DNA of 64,000 nucleotides from Escherichia coli (GTDB lineage Bacteria; Pseudomonadota; Gammaproteobacteria; Enterobacterales; Enterobacteriaceae): NCBI RefSeq assembly GCF_002854065.1, contig NZ_CP024147.1; one strand, 5' to 3'. Shown piece by piece: positions 45,182 to 56,165 of this stretch (position 1 is its first letter; each line of letters starts with the position of its first letter). The notes under the pieces were generated by a model. It saw only the letters and a program-made list of their open reading frames with translations, ran no database searches and was not told where the DNA came from. The position numbers and the translations under genes were made by a program.

Positions 45182-45931
45182 ATGGATTATGTTTGCTCCG
45201 TAGTTTTCATCTGTCAATCATTTGATTTAATTATAAACAGAAGAGTTATCTCGTTCAAAAAAAATTCATTGTTTATTGTAAGCGACAAAATTAGAAGGGA
45301 GTTACCAGTATGCCCCTCTAAACTAAGAATTGTTGATATAGATAAGAAAACATGTTTATCCTTTTTTATCGACGTGAATAATGAGCTGCCTGGCAAATTT
45401 ACTCTTGATAAGAATGGCTATATTGCTGAAGAGGAACCTCCATTATCGCTTGTTTTTTCTCTGTTTGAAGGGATTAAAATAGCAGACTCACACTCCCTTT
45501 GGTTAAAAGAAAGACTATGTATATCCTTACTTGCCATGTTCAAAAAACGCGAAAGTGTAAATTCATTTATACTAACAAATATAAATACATTTACCTGTAA
45601 AATTACTGGAATAATCAGTTTTAATATTGAGCGGCAATGGCATTTAAAAGATATTGCGGAATTGATTTATACGAGTGAAAGTTTAATAAAAAAAAGATTA
45701 AGGGATGAAGGAACGTCATTTACTGAAATATTGAGAGATACTAGGATGAGGTATGCAAAAAAACTCATAACTTCAAACTCTTATTCTATCAATGTCGTAG
45801 CCCAGAAATGTGGCTATAACAGTACTTCATATTTCATATGTGCATTTAAAGATTATTATGGTGTCACGCCATCTCATTATTTTGAGAAAATAATCGGCGT
45901 CACAGATGGAATAAACAAAACAATTGACTGA
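45182..45931 (+). CDS. appY: AraC-family transcriptional activator
   Basis: 249-aa ORF recognised as AppY; AT-rich flanks. Confidence 0.9.
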
Positions 45932-47202
45932 TAATGTTTATTACAAGTTGTCTACATGTTAATTATAATATTATACAGCGTTTTTTTTGATGTGATATTC
46001 TGGAACCATTAATTTGTAATTGGGTTGCTGTCGCCTATTTTATACATACTATAATTGATGGTTTTTTATGTGATTTAGTTAATAACCTTCTGGGTTTATT
46101 TTAAGGGTTAATTGTTACATTGAAATGGCTAGTTATTCCCCGGGGCGATTTTCACCTCGGGGAAATTTTAGTTGGCGTTCTTAAAATGTGTACTTAAGAC
46201 CAGCAGTAGTGATGAAGTTATAGTTTTCTATACCTGCTCCATTTTTGCTGTAGTCTGAAGTGTTATTATTGTGATCATAAAGTGAAGTATTACCTTTTTT
46301 ATTCGTAACCCGATTCCATGCGCCTTCAACATAAACTTTTGCGTTAGGTGTGACGTAATAACCTGCATTGACTGCAACAGAATAGTAATTTTGGTCTTTG
46401 ACCTTACTGCGATAAGTGATTCTTTTTCCCGGGTCATAGTGTTCATCGTTATCAGATGATTCCACCCAGCCGCTGTATTTAAATGTGCCACCGAGTTCAA
46501 AATCTTCATAACGATAACTTCCAGTCAAGCCAATGTAGGGCATTTTAAAACGTTGTTTGTAGCCGATTGCTCTTTCTCCATTCGGGAAGGAGCCGATATC
46601 ATCTCTGAATCCCTCCTCAGAACTGTAGATATAGGAACCACCTCTGGCTGTAAAGCTATAACGGCTTTCCTGATATCCGGCCATGAGTCCCAGGCGGTAA
46701 TTGGGTTCGTTGAGGAGCCAGCCTTTGATATTCAGATCAAATTCGTTGGCATAATTGAGTTGTGTATCAGGGTGTCTACTTTCATCCGTCCAGGTTCCGG
46801 GGTTACTGGAATCCATCCACTCCTGATCGACCATATTGCCACCTCGGCTGCCGAGAGTTGTCCAGCCAGCAGCCCCGATAGATATCTGGGGCATCAAATC
46901 CCAATTAATTGCACCTTTAATAATTGCAGCGTTATTGAATTTCCAGTCGAGTTGACTGACTTTTCGGCCTCCTTCTTCGGCTAGATAAACACGCTCTTTT
47001 GTTTTTCCGCTCAGAGTTCCAAGACTAATGTCCGCATTTATGTTGTCAGGAGTAAACGATAAAGTCTCGGTAGAAGCAAAAGAGCTGATCGCAATAGGGG
47101 TTGTCAGGACTTAGACTGGCCCCCTGAATCTCCAGACAACCAATATCACTTAAATAAGTGATAGTCTTAATACTAGTTTTTAGACTAGTCATTGGAGAAC
47201 AG

Positions 47203-47568
47203 ATGATTGATGTCTTAGGGCCGGAGAAACGCAGACGGCGTACCACACAGGAAAAGATCGCAATTGTTCAGCAGAGCTTTGAACCGGGGATGACGGTCTC
47301 CCTCGTTGCCCGGCAACATGGTGTAGCAGCCAGCCAGTTATTTCTCTGGCGTAAGCAATACCAGGAAGGAAGTCTTACTGCTGTCGCCGCCGGAGAACAG
47401 GTTGTTCCTGCCTCTGAACTTGCTGCCGCCATGAAGCAGATTAAAGAACTCCAGCGCCTGCTCGGCAAGAAAACGATGGAAAATGAACTCCTCAAAGAAG
47501 CCGTTGAATATGGACGGGCAAAAAAGTGGATAGCGCACGCGCCCTTATTGCCCGGGGATGGGGAGTAA
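47203..47568 (+). CDS. insC: IS2 OrfA (InsC)
   Basis: 121 aa from [26 protein letters not shown]; HTH. Confidence 0.85.
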
Positions 47569-48431
47569 GCTTAGTCAGCCGTTGTCTCCGGGTGTCGCGT
47601 GCGCAGTTGCACGTCATTCTCAGACGAACCGATGACTGGATGGATGGCCGCCGCAGTCGTCACACTGATGATACGGATGTGCTTCTCCGTATACACCATG
47701 TTATCGGAGAGCTGCCCACGTATGGTTATCGTCGGGTATGGGCGCTGCTTCGCAGACAGGCAGAACTTGATGGTATGCCTGCGATCAATGCCAAACGTGT
47801 TTACCGGATCATGCGCCAGAATGCGCTGTTGCTTGAGCGAAAACCTGCTGTACCGCCATCGAAACGGGCACATACAGGCAGAGTGGCCGTGAAAGAAAGC
47901 AATCAGCGATGGTGCTCTGACGGGTTCGAGTTCTGCTGTGATAACGGAGAGAGACTGCGTGTCACGTTCGCGCTGGACTGCTGTGATCGTGAGGCACTGC
48001 ACTGGGCGGTCACTACCGGCGGCTTCAACAGTGAAACAGTACAGGACGTCATGCTGGGAGCGGTGGAACGCCGCTTCGGCAACGATCTTCCGTCGTCTCC
48101 AGTGGAGTGGCTGACGGATAATGGTTCATGCTACCGGGCTAATGAAACACGCCAGTTCGCCCGGATGTTGGGACTTGAACCGAAGAACACGGCGGTGCGG
48201 AGTCCGGAGAGTAACGGAATAGCAGAGAGCTTCGTGAAAACGATAAAGCGTGACTACATCAGTATCATGCCCAAACCAGACGGGTTAACGGCAGCAAAGA
48301 ACCTTGCAGAGGCGTTCGAGCATTATAACGAATGGCATCCGCATAGTGCGCTGGGTTATCGCTCGCCACGGGAATATCTGCGGCAGCGGGCTTGTAATGG
48401 GTTAAGTGATAACAGATGTCTGGAAATATAG
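47526..48431 (+). CDS. insD: IS2 OrfB (InsD) DDE transposase
   Basis: 301-aa ORF in -1 frame; A6G slippery motif at 47520-47526. Confidence 0.85.
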
Positions 48432-48893
48432 GGGCAAATCCAGGACTATTCCCAGAAGTTTCGCCCGCATAAAAGTTCTCCATTCAATCGTTTTAATGAT
48501 TGAATATGTATTTTTTATATCTAACTTAATGAGTTAATTACATATTGCTCCACTGTTTATATTTTGTTTAGTATTGAATGATTATCACAATGCGCTATCT
48601 GTTTTTGGTTTAATTATCTGTTATTGTTTCATATTGCGGTTTTACTGTGTGGTTTTTTTTATGCTTTTGTGGTGCTTTTATCTATTTAAGTGCCATGCCT
48701 TTAGAGGCATATAAGCGAAAATAGCATGAGGTTTATCCTCAATTACTATGTTTTTTAGTACAAAAAAGAGGGACAAAACTGAGACACATAAGGCCTCGCA
48801 ATGGCTTGCAAGGCTTTACATGTTTTGAGGTAGTGGGACGTGTGAGCGCAGAGATGGCGCGGTAAGTTGTTGACTTAAAATGTCGTTCTAGGA

Positions 48894-48940
48894 ACTTCTA
48901 AGTCGTGGGCCGCAGGTTCGAATCCTGCAGGGCGCGCCAT
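48894..48940. repeat. prophage attR core (47-bp copy of argU 3' half)
   Basis: Identical to 32397-32443. Confidence 0.8.
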
Positions 48941-48984
48941 TTCTTCTTCATTTATGCCCGTCTTATCCGTTTCCGCTTTGCCCT

Positions 48985-49746
48985 TCACCACATCACTTTT
49001 TGTCGCTGTTTGGCGAGATAATTCAACGGTGTCAGGCCGTAAAACGCCTTAAAAACAGAGATAAAGTACGACGTGCTGCTATAGCCACATAATTGCGCCA
49101 CCTGAGTGATATTTTTGTTATCCATCAATAACATCTGTACGGCGTAACGCATACGACACTCTGTGACAATCTGGCTATAGCTGGTATTTTCGTTTTTTAA
49201 TTTCTTTTTGAGCAGGCTGGGGCTTAAACATAGCGAACTGGCGACAATTCGCAGATTCCAGTAATGCTGAATATCGCTTTGAATAATGCGGCAGACGCTG
49301 TCGCGGACGCTGCTGCGTAAGATATACATCAGTAGGGCAATAAACCGCGATTGCTCAAGAAAGTTAGACAATACGGTAAAAAGCAATGCGCGCGTCAACT
49401 CCGTTTCGCAGGGTTTGCTGGGTTGCTGCTTGCTGTGGTTGGCGGCTAGCTGGAACACTTCCGGTGTACGGCTATGACAAGCGATAACCGGGGTAGCCAG
49501 CCGCGACCAGGGCTTTACACAGGTTAAGTTCTTATTTAAAAACAACAGATAATCGTTGATGATGTTACGGTTGATGTGGGTGATTAATACGTGATTTAAC
49601 GTTGAGAGTTCAATGACGTTATTGTTGCACGCGAAGGCGGCCAGGTAGTTTTTCGGAAGGGTAAACGTAGCATGGTTATTGACGCTTACCTCTACCTCTT
49701 TTTCGGTCAGGATCACCACGCAAGGTTCACTGCTGCTCAATTGCAT
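48985..49746 (-). CDS. envY: AraC-family regulator EnvY
   Basis: 253-aa ORF with C-terminal AraC HTH; recognised as EnvY. Confidence 0.85.
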   Translation of the reverse strand: MQLSSSEPCVVILTEKEVEVSVNNHATFTLPKNYLAAFACNNNVIELSTLNHVLITHINRNIINDYLLFLNKNLTCVKPWSRLATPVIACHSRTPEVFQLAANHSKQQPSKPCETELTRALLFTVLSNFLEQSRFIALLMYILRSSVRDSVCRIIQSDIQHYWNLRIVASSLCLSPSLLKKKLKNENTSYSQIVTECRMRYAVQMLLMDNKNITQVAQLCGYSSTSYFISVFKAFYGLTPLNYLAKQRQKVMW

Positions 49747-49928
49747 TTCGCACTCCTCAGATATCAGAAACTCCGCTCAAAGGATCTATGCTTCCTGCAT
49801 GAGTGATCGGCCCGTTCGCCGATAACGATCTTCTTTCTTTAGCACGCTTTTTAGCAATTAATCTTGATGGAATTCTGACGAGAGCGAAAGAGGTAAGCCA
49901 GGTCGTACCCGACTTACCTGGAGGAGAT

Positions 49929-50819
49929 TTAATACTCGAGAATGCCGTGCGCGACGGGCAAATAGCGCAGAGAGAAATAGAGAGTGTCTTTACCGCAAGA
50001 GGAACGTTTCGCTAACAGCGAGGCAATTTCTGCGTCCGGTTTCGGTTTCGCTGTAAAGGTTTTGCCTTTGCCGGCGACAAACAGTTCATAAACAACGCCG
50101 CTGGCTGGGGCGGAGCTTTGGCAATCGGCGCTGGCCTGTAGATAACGTTCACGCTGTTCAGCGGTAAGTTTATCCACGCCGCTGCCATCCTGTACCCAGA
50201 CATTAACTCCGGTTGCTTTAACGTGTTCCAGCAGTTGGCGATAGCCATCGGGCGACATGTTTCCGGCGAAAAAACTACTGATATAAACCGGTTTTGCTGA
50301 AACATCGCTAATCAGCCGCTGCGCGTTGTTTAACCATGTTAGCAAAGGCTGACGGGCGGCTTCGCTGCGCCAGTTCAGGTCGTCAATTTCCGCGCTGATG
50401 TACCAGCCATCCGGCGTTACGCCAGGCGCGGCGCTCCATAATCTGGCTTGCTGGAGATCGGCAGCCAGCAGGCGATTAAGATAGCTTTCCAGCGCTGCAG
50501 ACGACTGTTTCTGGTGCATAAAAAATTCCGGATCGGCGTTCAGCCCGACAATCAGCTTCAGGCCAGCCTGTTGCGCAGCTGCGGCACGCTTAAACAATAA
50601 CGCGCGCTGTTCTGGCTGGGTGAATGCATCGCCGTAACGGGTCCATTGCAAAACCAGGGTATCGAAGCCTTGCAAACGTAACTGACTCATCAGCCCCTGC
50701 CACTGGGTATCGGTAACCTGACTATCACGGTTTTGTGGTTGCCAGATAATACCTTTCATCGCAAAGGAAAAAGGGCTGACCAAAAGCAGTGTCAGCAATA
50801 CGAAAATGAACTTACGCAT
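49929..50819 (-). CDS. ybcH: uncharacterised protein YbcH (signal peptide)
   Basis: 296-aa ORF immediately downstream of nfrA. Confidence 0.75.
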   Translation of the reverse strand: MRKFIFVLLTLLLVSPFSFAMKGIIWQPQNRDSQVTDTQWQGLMSQLRLQGFDTLVLQWTRYGDAFTQPEQRALLFKRAAAAQQAGLKLIVGLNADPEFFMHQKQSSAALESYLNRLLAADLQQARLWSAAPGVTPDGWYISAEIDDLNWRSEAARQPLLTWLNNAQRLISDVSAKPVYISSFFAGNMSPDGYRQLLEHVKATGVNVWVQDGSGVDKLTAEQRERYLQASADCQSSAPASGVVYELFVAGKGKTFTAKPKPDAEIASLLAKRSSCGKDTLYFSLRYLPVAHGILEY

Positions 50820-53792
50820 TTACCAGTGCACTCCAATGGTGAGAAACGCGTTGTTGCGCTCTCCGTTACGTTGATTAATCGCCTTAAAGGTATGTTGATA
50901 CTCGACGCCGAGACTGACTTTGTGCGGCCAGGCGTCGTAGTGCGTCTCGCCGGTCCAAATATTCCAGCGGACCCCGACACCGCCAAGCTGCGCGCCCTGA
51001 GTGCCTTTATCACGATAGCCGTTGTCCTGAACGTGAGCGTAAGGCTCAATAGTCTGTCCGTTAGCTACCTTCTGATGCCAGCTGACGCGATAATCTGCCG
51101 TCCACGCCTGAATATCCTGGCGGATATATTGCGCCGCATCGAGGTACAGGTTTTGGGCAAACCAGCCTGAACCGTTCGGGTGCCATTCGTCGCTGTATTT
51201 GCCGCCATTAAAGAATGAGGCGCTGGCGCGCAGCATGGTATCGGATGCGCCATTTTGCCCGTTCAGCGGCAACTGCTGTTCGACGGCGAGGAAAAAGATC
51301 TGATCGCTCAGCGGCTTCCAGCGTAGACCGGTGCCGGACATCGGATTTTTCACCGGCATCATCACCCCGTTTTCTCCGGTATCGGCAAAGACGCGGCTAT
51401 AAACTGAGAGCAGGTCGCCTTCCAGCAGCATATTGCGTCCGATGCGGTACTCGGCTTCCAGTTGCCCGTAGCTACGATAGCTTTTCCCTGGCGCTGCGCC
51501 GCCAACATTATTGTTAGCGGTACTCATTGCCCCGGAACGCAAGCCGATGGAAGAATCGAAACTGAACGTCCAGCGGCGACCGACCTCCTCATGCAGACGG
51601 CGGAAATTGAAGCGTTGCTGATTTTGCTCTGGGGTCAGTGGGGTTATCAGCGCCTGATTATCAATGTCATCAATCACCAGCCGGGCGTAGTACTGCGTCG
51701 CAGGCATGTCATCCAGACGCTGGTTCACATAGGCCAGTTGTCGGATCAGTGCCGGATCGTCCGGTAGCCCTTTATGCGCCTGTTCGAGCATTTCCCGCGA
51801 CTGTGCGATATCACCGCTATCCCACAAGGCGTAACCAAGCGCTGCCTGGGTGTTGCTATTATTCGGTTCCAGTTCCAGCGCGGCGCGCAAATCACTCACC
51901 GCGGCCGGGACATTATGACGTTGGCGATAAATTGTCGCCCGCGCAACGTAAGCGTTGGCAGAAGGCGCAATATTGATTGAGCGCGTGAGATCGTTCAGTG
52001 CGAGTTCCGGCTGACCAGGAATGTAACGTTGCGCATGCAGCCACCAGTAGAGCGCATTGCTTCCCAGTCCACGTTTTTCTGCCTGTTGTAGCCAGCGATC
52101 GCGAGCCGCACCATTTCCTGCCGCCTGGGCGGTATTGGCAGCAGCAAGCAGATCCTCATTGCTCATGTCGTGAAGACTGATTTTCTGCCAGGCCGCCAGT
52201 GCGGTGGCGTAGTCCTCAACCTGATACGCCTGATAGGCTACCGCACGATGTTGCCAGGCGTTCGGTTGTCGTTGTTCGGCCTGAAGCCATGCATACAACG
52301 CCACACCGGGTAGCGTGTCCCGATAACACTTTGCCAGACGGTTCCAGGCGGCAGCATCGTAGGAAGGCGACATATCGCCCAGCAAGCGAACTATTGCCGG
52401 GCAATTATCTGCAATACCCGGCAACTGACTTTGCCACTGACGTTGCTCCGCCAGCGGTAAGGGTTTCGATAAAATCGCCACCTTCGCTGGAGTTGCCAGG
52501 TAAGGATGACTTTCCAGAAGAGACGCCAGTCGCGCCATTAAAGTCTGGCTGACACGCGCATCGCCCTGGAAAGGATAGCGTTGCAGCAATAAATCGGCAG
52601 CTTCGCGTGACTGCTCGCTCTGTATCAGTTGCCAGGTTAGTTGATCCAGGCGGGTAAGATTTGCCGGTTCTTGCTGATACAGCAAGCGTGCCAGACGCAG
52701 AGCTTCAGCCTTGTTACGGGTCGCCACGCTGACAGCATAACGCTCCTCAAGCATTTCATTGGCGGGGAGGGTGGCGAGCAGTTTTTGCGCTGCGTCGTAC
52801 TGACCTTCTTTTAACAGCACCGGTAGCGTCGCGCCAACAACATACTGGCGGTTATCGGCAAACTGCACCGTATAATTCGCCAATGCCTGAACGGGGTTGG
52901 CGCTGTATTTAGATAACAGATAGAGCCAACTTTTCTCTTGTGCGTCCGTGGTAAACAGCGGCTTATTTTCAATGAGATAATGCTGGAGGCGTGCTTTTTC
53001 GCCACGATAAGCCAGCGCGGTCGCGTAAGTAATATATGACTGAGGATCGGTGAAGATCCCCTGTGATTGCAGTGCCAGGATCCGATCGTCCAGCTGCCCG
53101 GCAAGAAGCACGTCAAACCACTGACGGCGTTCTGCCGCGCTTAATGTGTTCTGCTGGCGTGCTTCATTGTATAGCGTATCTGCCTGGGACCATTGTTTCA
53201 GGTAGATTGCCCGTTGCAGCAGATCGGTTCGCAGCGTTTTTCCTTCCGGCGATGCAGCAAACGTCGCATCGTTCAGTTGCGCTCTGGCGACAGGTAACTG
53301 TGCCAGCCGCAGGGCATTCTGCCCGACTTCACTGCGACAACGCAGGGTCGGCGCAGCATCGCACGCTTTTTGCTGGGCAAGCAGTTCTTCAACTGTCGTA
53401 ACGCTTTTCACTTCAACTGGAATAGCCGCCAGACTGCGCTCAAGTCGGGCATCTCCTGGGTGACGTTTCAGTTGATCCTCAAGCAACAGCCGCGCCCGGT
53501 CATCATGACCAAAATGGCGATAGGCTTCCGCAAGGTATAAAGTCAGCGGAATATTATCCGGCACCTGCTGGTGTATATATTCATATTCGCGGATGGCGGT
53601 TGCTTCGTCGTTATTTTTCTGTGCCTTCAGCGCCTTATCGAGACGGGGATAAATAACAAAATGGCGATAATCGCTCAGCCCCAGCTCTTCTGCGCTGGTG
53701 CCGATATTGTCTGCGAGTGCGCTGGTACTCAATAAAGACGTCAGCAGTAAACCAGACCATCCGATGACGCGATTAAGGTTATTCTCCTTCAT
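50820..53792 (-). CDS. nfrA: outer membrane protein NfrA (phage N4 receptor)
   Basis: ~990-aa ORF with signal peptide and TPR-like N-terminal region. Confidence 0.85.
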   Translation of the reverse strand: MKENNLNRVIGWSGLLLTSLLSTSALADNIGTSAEELGLSDYRHFVIYPRLDKALKAQKNNDEATAIREYEYIHQQVPDNIPLTLYLAEAYRHFGHDDRARLLLEDQLKRHPGDARLERSLAAIPVEVKSVTTVEELLAQQKACDAAPTLRCRSEVGQNALRLAQLPVARAQLNDATFAASPEGKTLRTDLLQRAIYLKQWSQADTLYNEARQQNTLSAAERRQWFDVLLAGQLDDRILALQSQGIFTDPQSYITYATALAYRGEKARLQHYLIENKPLFTTDAQEKSWLYLLSKYSANPVQALANYTVQFADNRQYVVGATLPVLLKEGQYDAAQKLLATLPANEMLEERYAVSVATRNKAEALRLARLLYQQEPANLTRLDQLTWQLIQSEQSREAADLLLQRYPFQGDARVSQTLMARLASLLESHPYLATPAKVAILSKPLPLAEQRQWQSQLPGIADNCPAIVRLLGDMSPSYDAAAWNRLAKCYRDTLPGVALYAWLQAEQRQPNAWQHRAVAYQAYQVEDYATALAAWQKISLHDMSNEDLLAAANTAQAAGNGAARDRWLQQAEKRGLGSNALYWWLHAQRYIPGQPELALNDLTRSINIAPSANAYVARATIYRQRHNVPAAVSDLRAALELEPNNSNTQAALGYALWDSGDIAQSREMLEQAHKGLPDDPALIRQLAYVNQRLDDMPATQYYARLVIDDIDNQALITPLTPEQNQQRFNFRRLHEEVGRRWTFSFDSSIGLRSGAMSTANNNVGGAAPGKSYRSYGQLEAEYRIGRNMLLEGDLLSVYSRVFADTGENGVMMPVKNPMSGTGLRWKPLSDQIFFLAVEQQLPLNGQNGASDTMLRASASFFNGGKYSDEWHPNGSGWFAQNLYLDAAQYIRQDIQAWTADYRVSWHQKVANGQTIEPYAHVQDNGYRDKGTQGAQLGGVGVRWNIWTGETHYDAWPHKVSLGVEYQHTFKAINQRNGERNNAFLTIGVHW

Positions 53793-56016
53793 TTTCGGAC
53801 TCCAGTTGCGCAACCTGTTCTGTGTTTAAACCTGCTTTGAGTAATAGTGATTGCATCGAAACTTGTAATTCGCGTTGAATTGTCAGGACGCGATCCAACG
53901 TTTCCTGGCTGATAACGCCTTCGGTGACCAAAAACTTGCCGAGCGGCAGAGAACTGCGTTCATGGCGCAATAACAACACGTTAATTGCTGAACGATTAAT
54001 ATGACCGAGCGTGGTCAGTATTTCGGCGAACAGGAACTGATGCGGCACATATTGCCGCCAGATTTCACCGGCCTGCTGTTCCGTGAGCCACTGATGCTGA
54101 ACCGCATTGTACAACATTGCCCGCGGATCGTGACCGCGTCGGCGTGCATACCAGTGACGTAACCCCGTGACAATTTATCCCCGCAGAACAATGACGTAAC
54201 GCACTTTGCGTCCGACTTTACGCGTCAGGGCCGCCAGCGAAACCGGGTCAATACCATCTTCACTGCCGACAATTAACACATCATTTTCCAGACGCAGCGG
54301 CAGCACTGCATAATGCAGCGCCACGGAGGCTGGCATTTCGGCAATCAGCGAGGACGGGATCTGCCAGGCATCGATGGATTCCCACGCCACGCCGTTTTGC
54401 TCTGCCAACGCCTGTGCCAGTTGCTCGGCGCTAATCAGCCCCTGCATCAGCATTGAACCGCCCAGGCGTAGACCTTCGACGCGATTACGCAGTGCTGTAT
54501 CGAGTTGTTCTTCAGTGATGACCTGATTTTCCAGCAGAATTTGACCTAACGGGCGCAACGAGCGGGTATCGCCAGTGACGCTGGGGAAGTCATGCGTTGT
54601 TTTATCCCACGCCACGCGACGTGGATCGCCGTGTTGAAGTACCTGTTTTAACGCGCGCCAGTTGGCCATGAAGTTAATCAGGTTGCCCCAGAAAAGACGC
54701 AGGACGGAAAGCAGCCCCTGCGTCAGGCCGTAGTAGCCAGTAACGAAAATCACCCGCTGCACGATGCGGTTAACCATCAAACCAAAGTTTAGCCACAGCA
54801 GGGTCATTAACCATGCGCTGCCGCTGAAAATAGAAAGGAAATGCTAGGCATCGGGCCACAAACTTTCATACGCCAGCAACAGCAAAAGCTGGATCATCAC
54901 CAGCATCGCGAGGAAGCTGACAAAGTTACTGATTGCCCCTTTGCGGTCGCGCCAGAGAAAGTAGTTCAGCGTCAGGCTGGAGGTCCATTTATGGGTTTTA
55001 AAACCCTGGAAAACAATGCCGATGATCCAGCGGGATTTTTGTCGAACCGCAGTCGAAAAGGTATCGGGGAAATATTCGCGCACGCAGATCATGTTTGACG
55101 TCCGTGCGTGCTGTAAAAATTTACGCTGCTCGCGTTCTTTGGCTTCGTCCACCACCGGAAAACGGACAAAAATTTCCGTCATACCTTTTTCTTTCAGGCG
55201 GAAGCCAATGTCGTAATCTTCAGTAAGACTCTGCACGTCGAAAGCAATACCGTCACCGTCAGCTAACAGTGCGGTCACGGCGCGGCGGCTGAAACAGGTG
55301 CCGACGCCTGCGCTGGGCACTTGTCCGGCGAGGGCTTCACGCACCGGAACATCTTTGCCATGCAGTTCTGAAAACTCATCAATGTAAGTCATGCTGGTGA
55401 AGTGCGTCCATTCGCGTTCGAATGGGTATACCGGGATCTGAATCAGATCTTTACGCTCGACCAGATAGTTGAACAGACGCAACTCCATCGGTGAAATCAC
55501 ATCTTCGGCGTCATGCAGAATAAAACCAGCAAAAGCGAAATTGGCGCTACGCTCAAACTGGGTGATGGCGTCCAGCACGTTGTTCAGACAGTCGGCTTTG
55601 CTGGTGGGGCCAGGACGCGCGCAGACTACCTTATGCACATTCGGGAAGCGAGCGCACACTTCGTCAACATCACGCTGAGTGTCCGGGTCGTTGGGGTAGG
55701 TGCCAACAAAGATATGATAGTTTTCGTAGTCGAGCGTGGTCGCCGCCAGCTCGGCCATATTGCCGATGACGCCCGTTTCATTCCACGCCGGAACCATAAT
55801 CGCTAACGGTTTTTCATCTGGTTTATACAGTTCGCGGTAACTCATTCGCGGGTAGCGGCGATAAACACTCAACTTGCGTTTAATGCGGCGTACCCAGTAG
55901 ACGACATCAATAAAAAAATCGTCCAGCCCGCTGATGAACATGATGACCGCTAACGTTATCGCGATTACTTTTAAGCCGTAGAGCCAGGTAGCAAAAACAT
56001 CAAGAAGCCAGTCCAC
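53779..56016 (-). pseudogene. nfrB: nfrB (glycosyltransferase-2 family inner membrane protein) with two in-frame stop codons
   Basis: Three track ORFs (390, 210, 112 aa) share one frame across 2238 nt; TAG at 54844-54846 and TAA at 54175-54177. Confidence 0.8.
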
Positions 56017-56165
56017 ACAAAAACCTTACATTAACGCTGGTTATGTTTAGGGTGGCGTATATTAAGGTTTTTTATGAATTGTGACAGCTTTTTACCATTA
56101 ATAGGTATGACTATTGCGGCACGTTATTTTTACACTGGTTATAAAAGTTGCCGTTTGCTGAATAA

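Larger units (their letters stand above)
47112..48443 (+). mobile_element. IS2 insertion sequence (~1.33 kb)
   Basis: Ends TAGACTGGCCCCCTGAATCTCC... and ...GGAAATATAGGGGCAAATCCA; 5-bp target duplication GGACT. Confidence 0.9.
46181..48471 (-). pseudogene. ompT: outer membrane protease OmpT interrupted by IS2 after codon ~9
   Basis: 3' part 46181-47111 encodes OmpT from [10 protein letters not shown] to C-terminus; 5' part 48444-48471 encodes MRAKLLGIV; IS2 lies between. Confidence 0.9.
32442..48940. mobile_element. defective lambdoid (DLP12-like) prophage integrated at argU
   Basis: Bounded by 47-bp direct repeats; contains integrase, lambda-like Q, lysis cassette, cos, Nu1, tfa; lacks cI/cro, replication and structural genes. 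Confidence 0.8.

Noticed and set aside
53779-56016. Explaining the split nfrB ORFs by frameshifts or an insertion
   Set aside because: All three pieces have the same codon phase and the total span equals intact nfrB length; only the two stop codons interrupt the frame.
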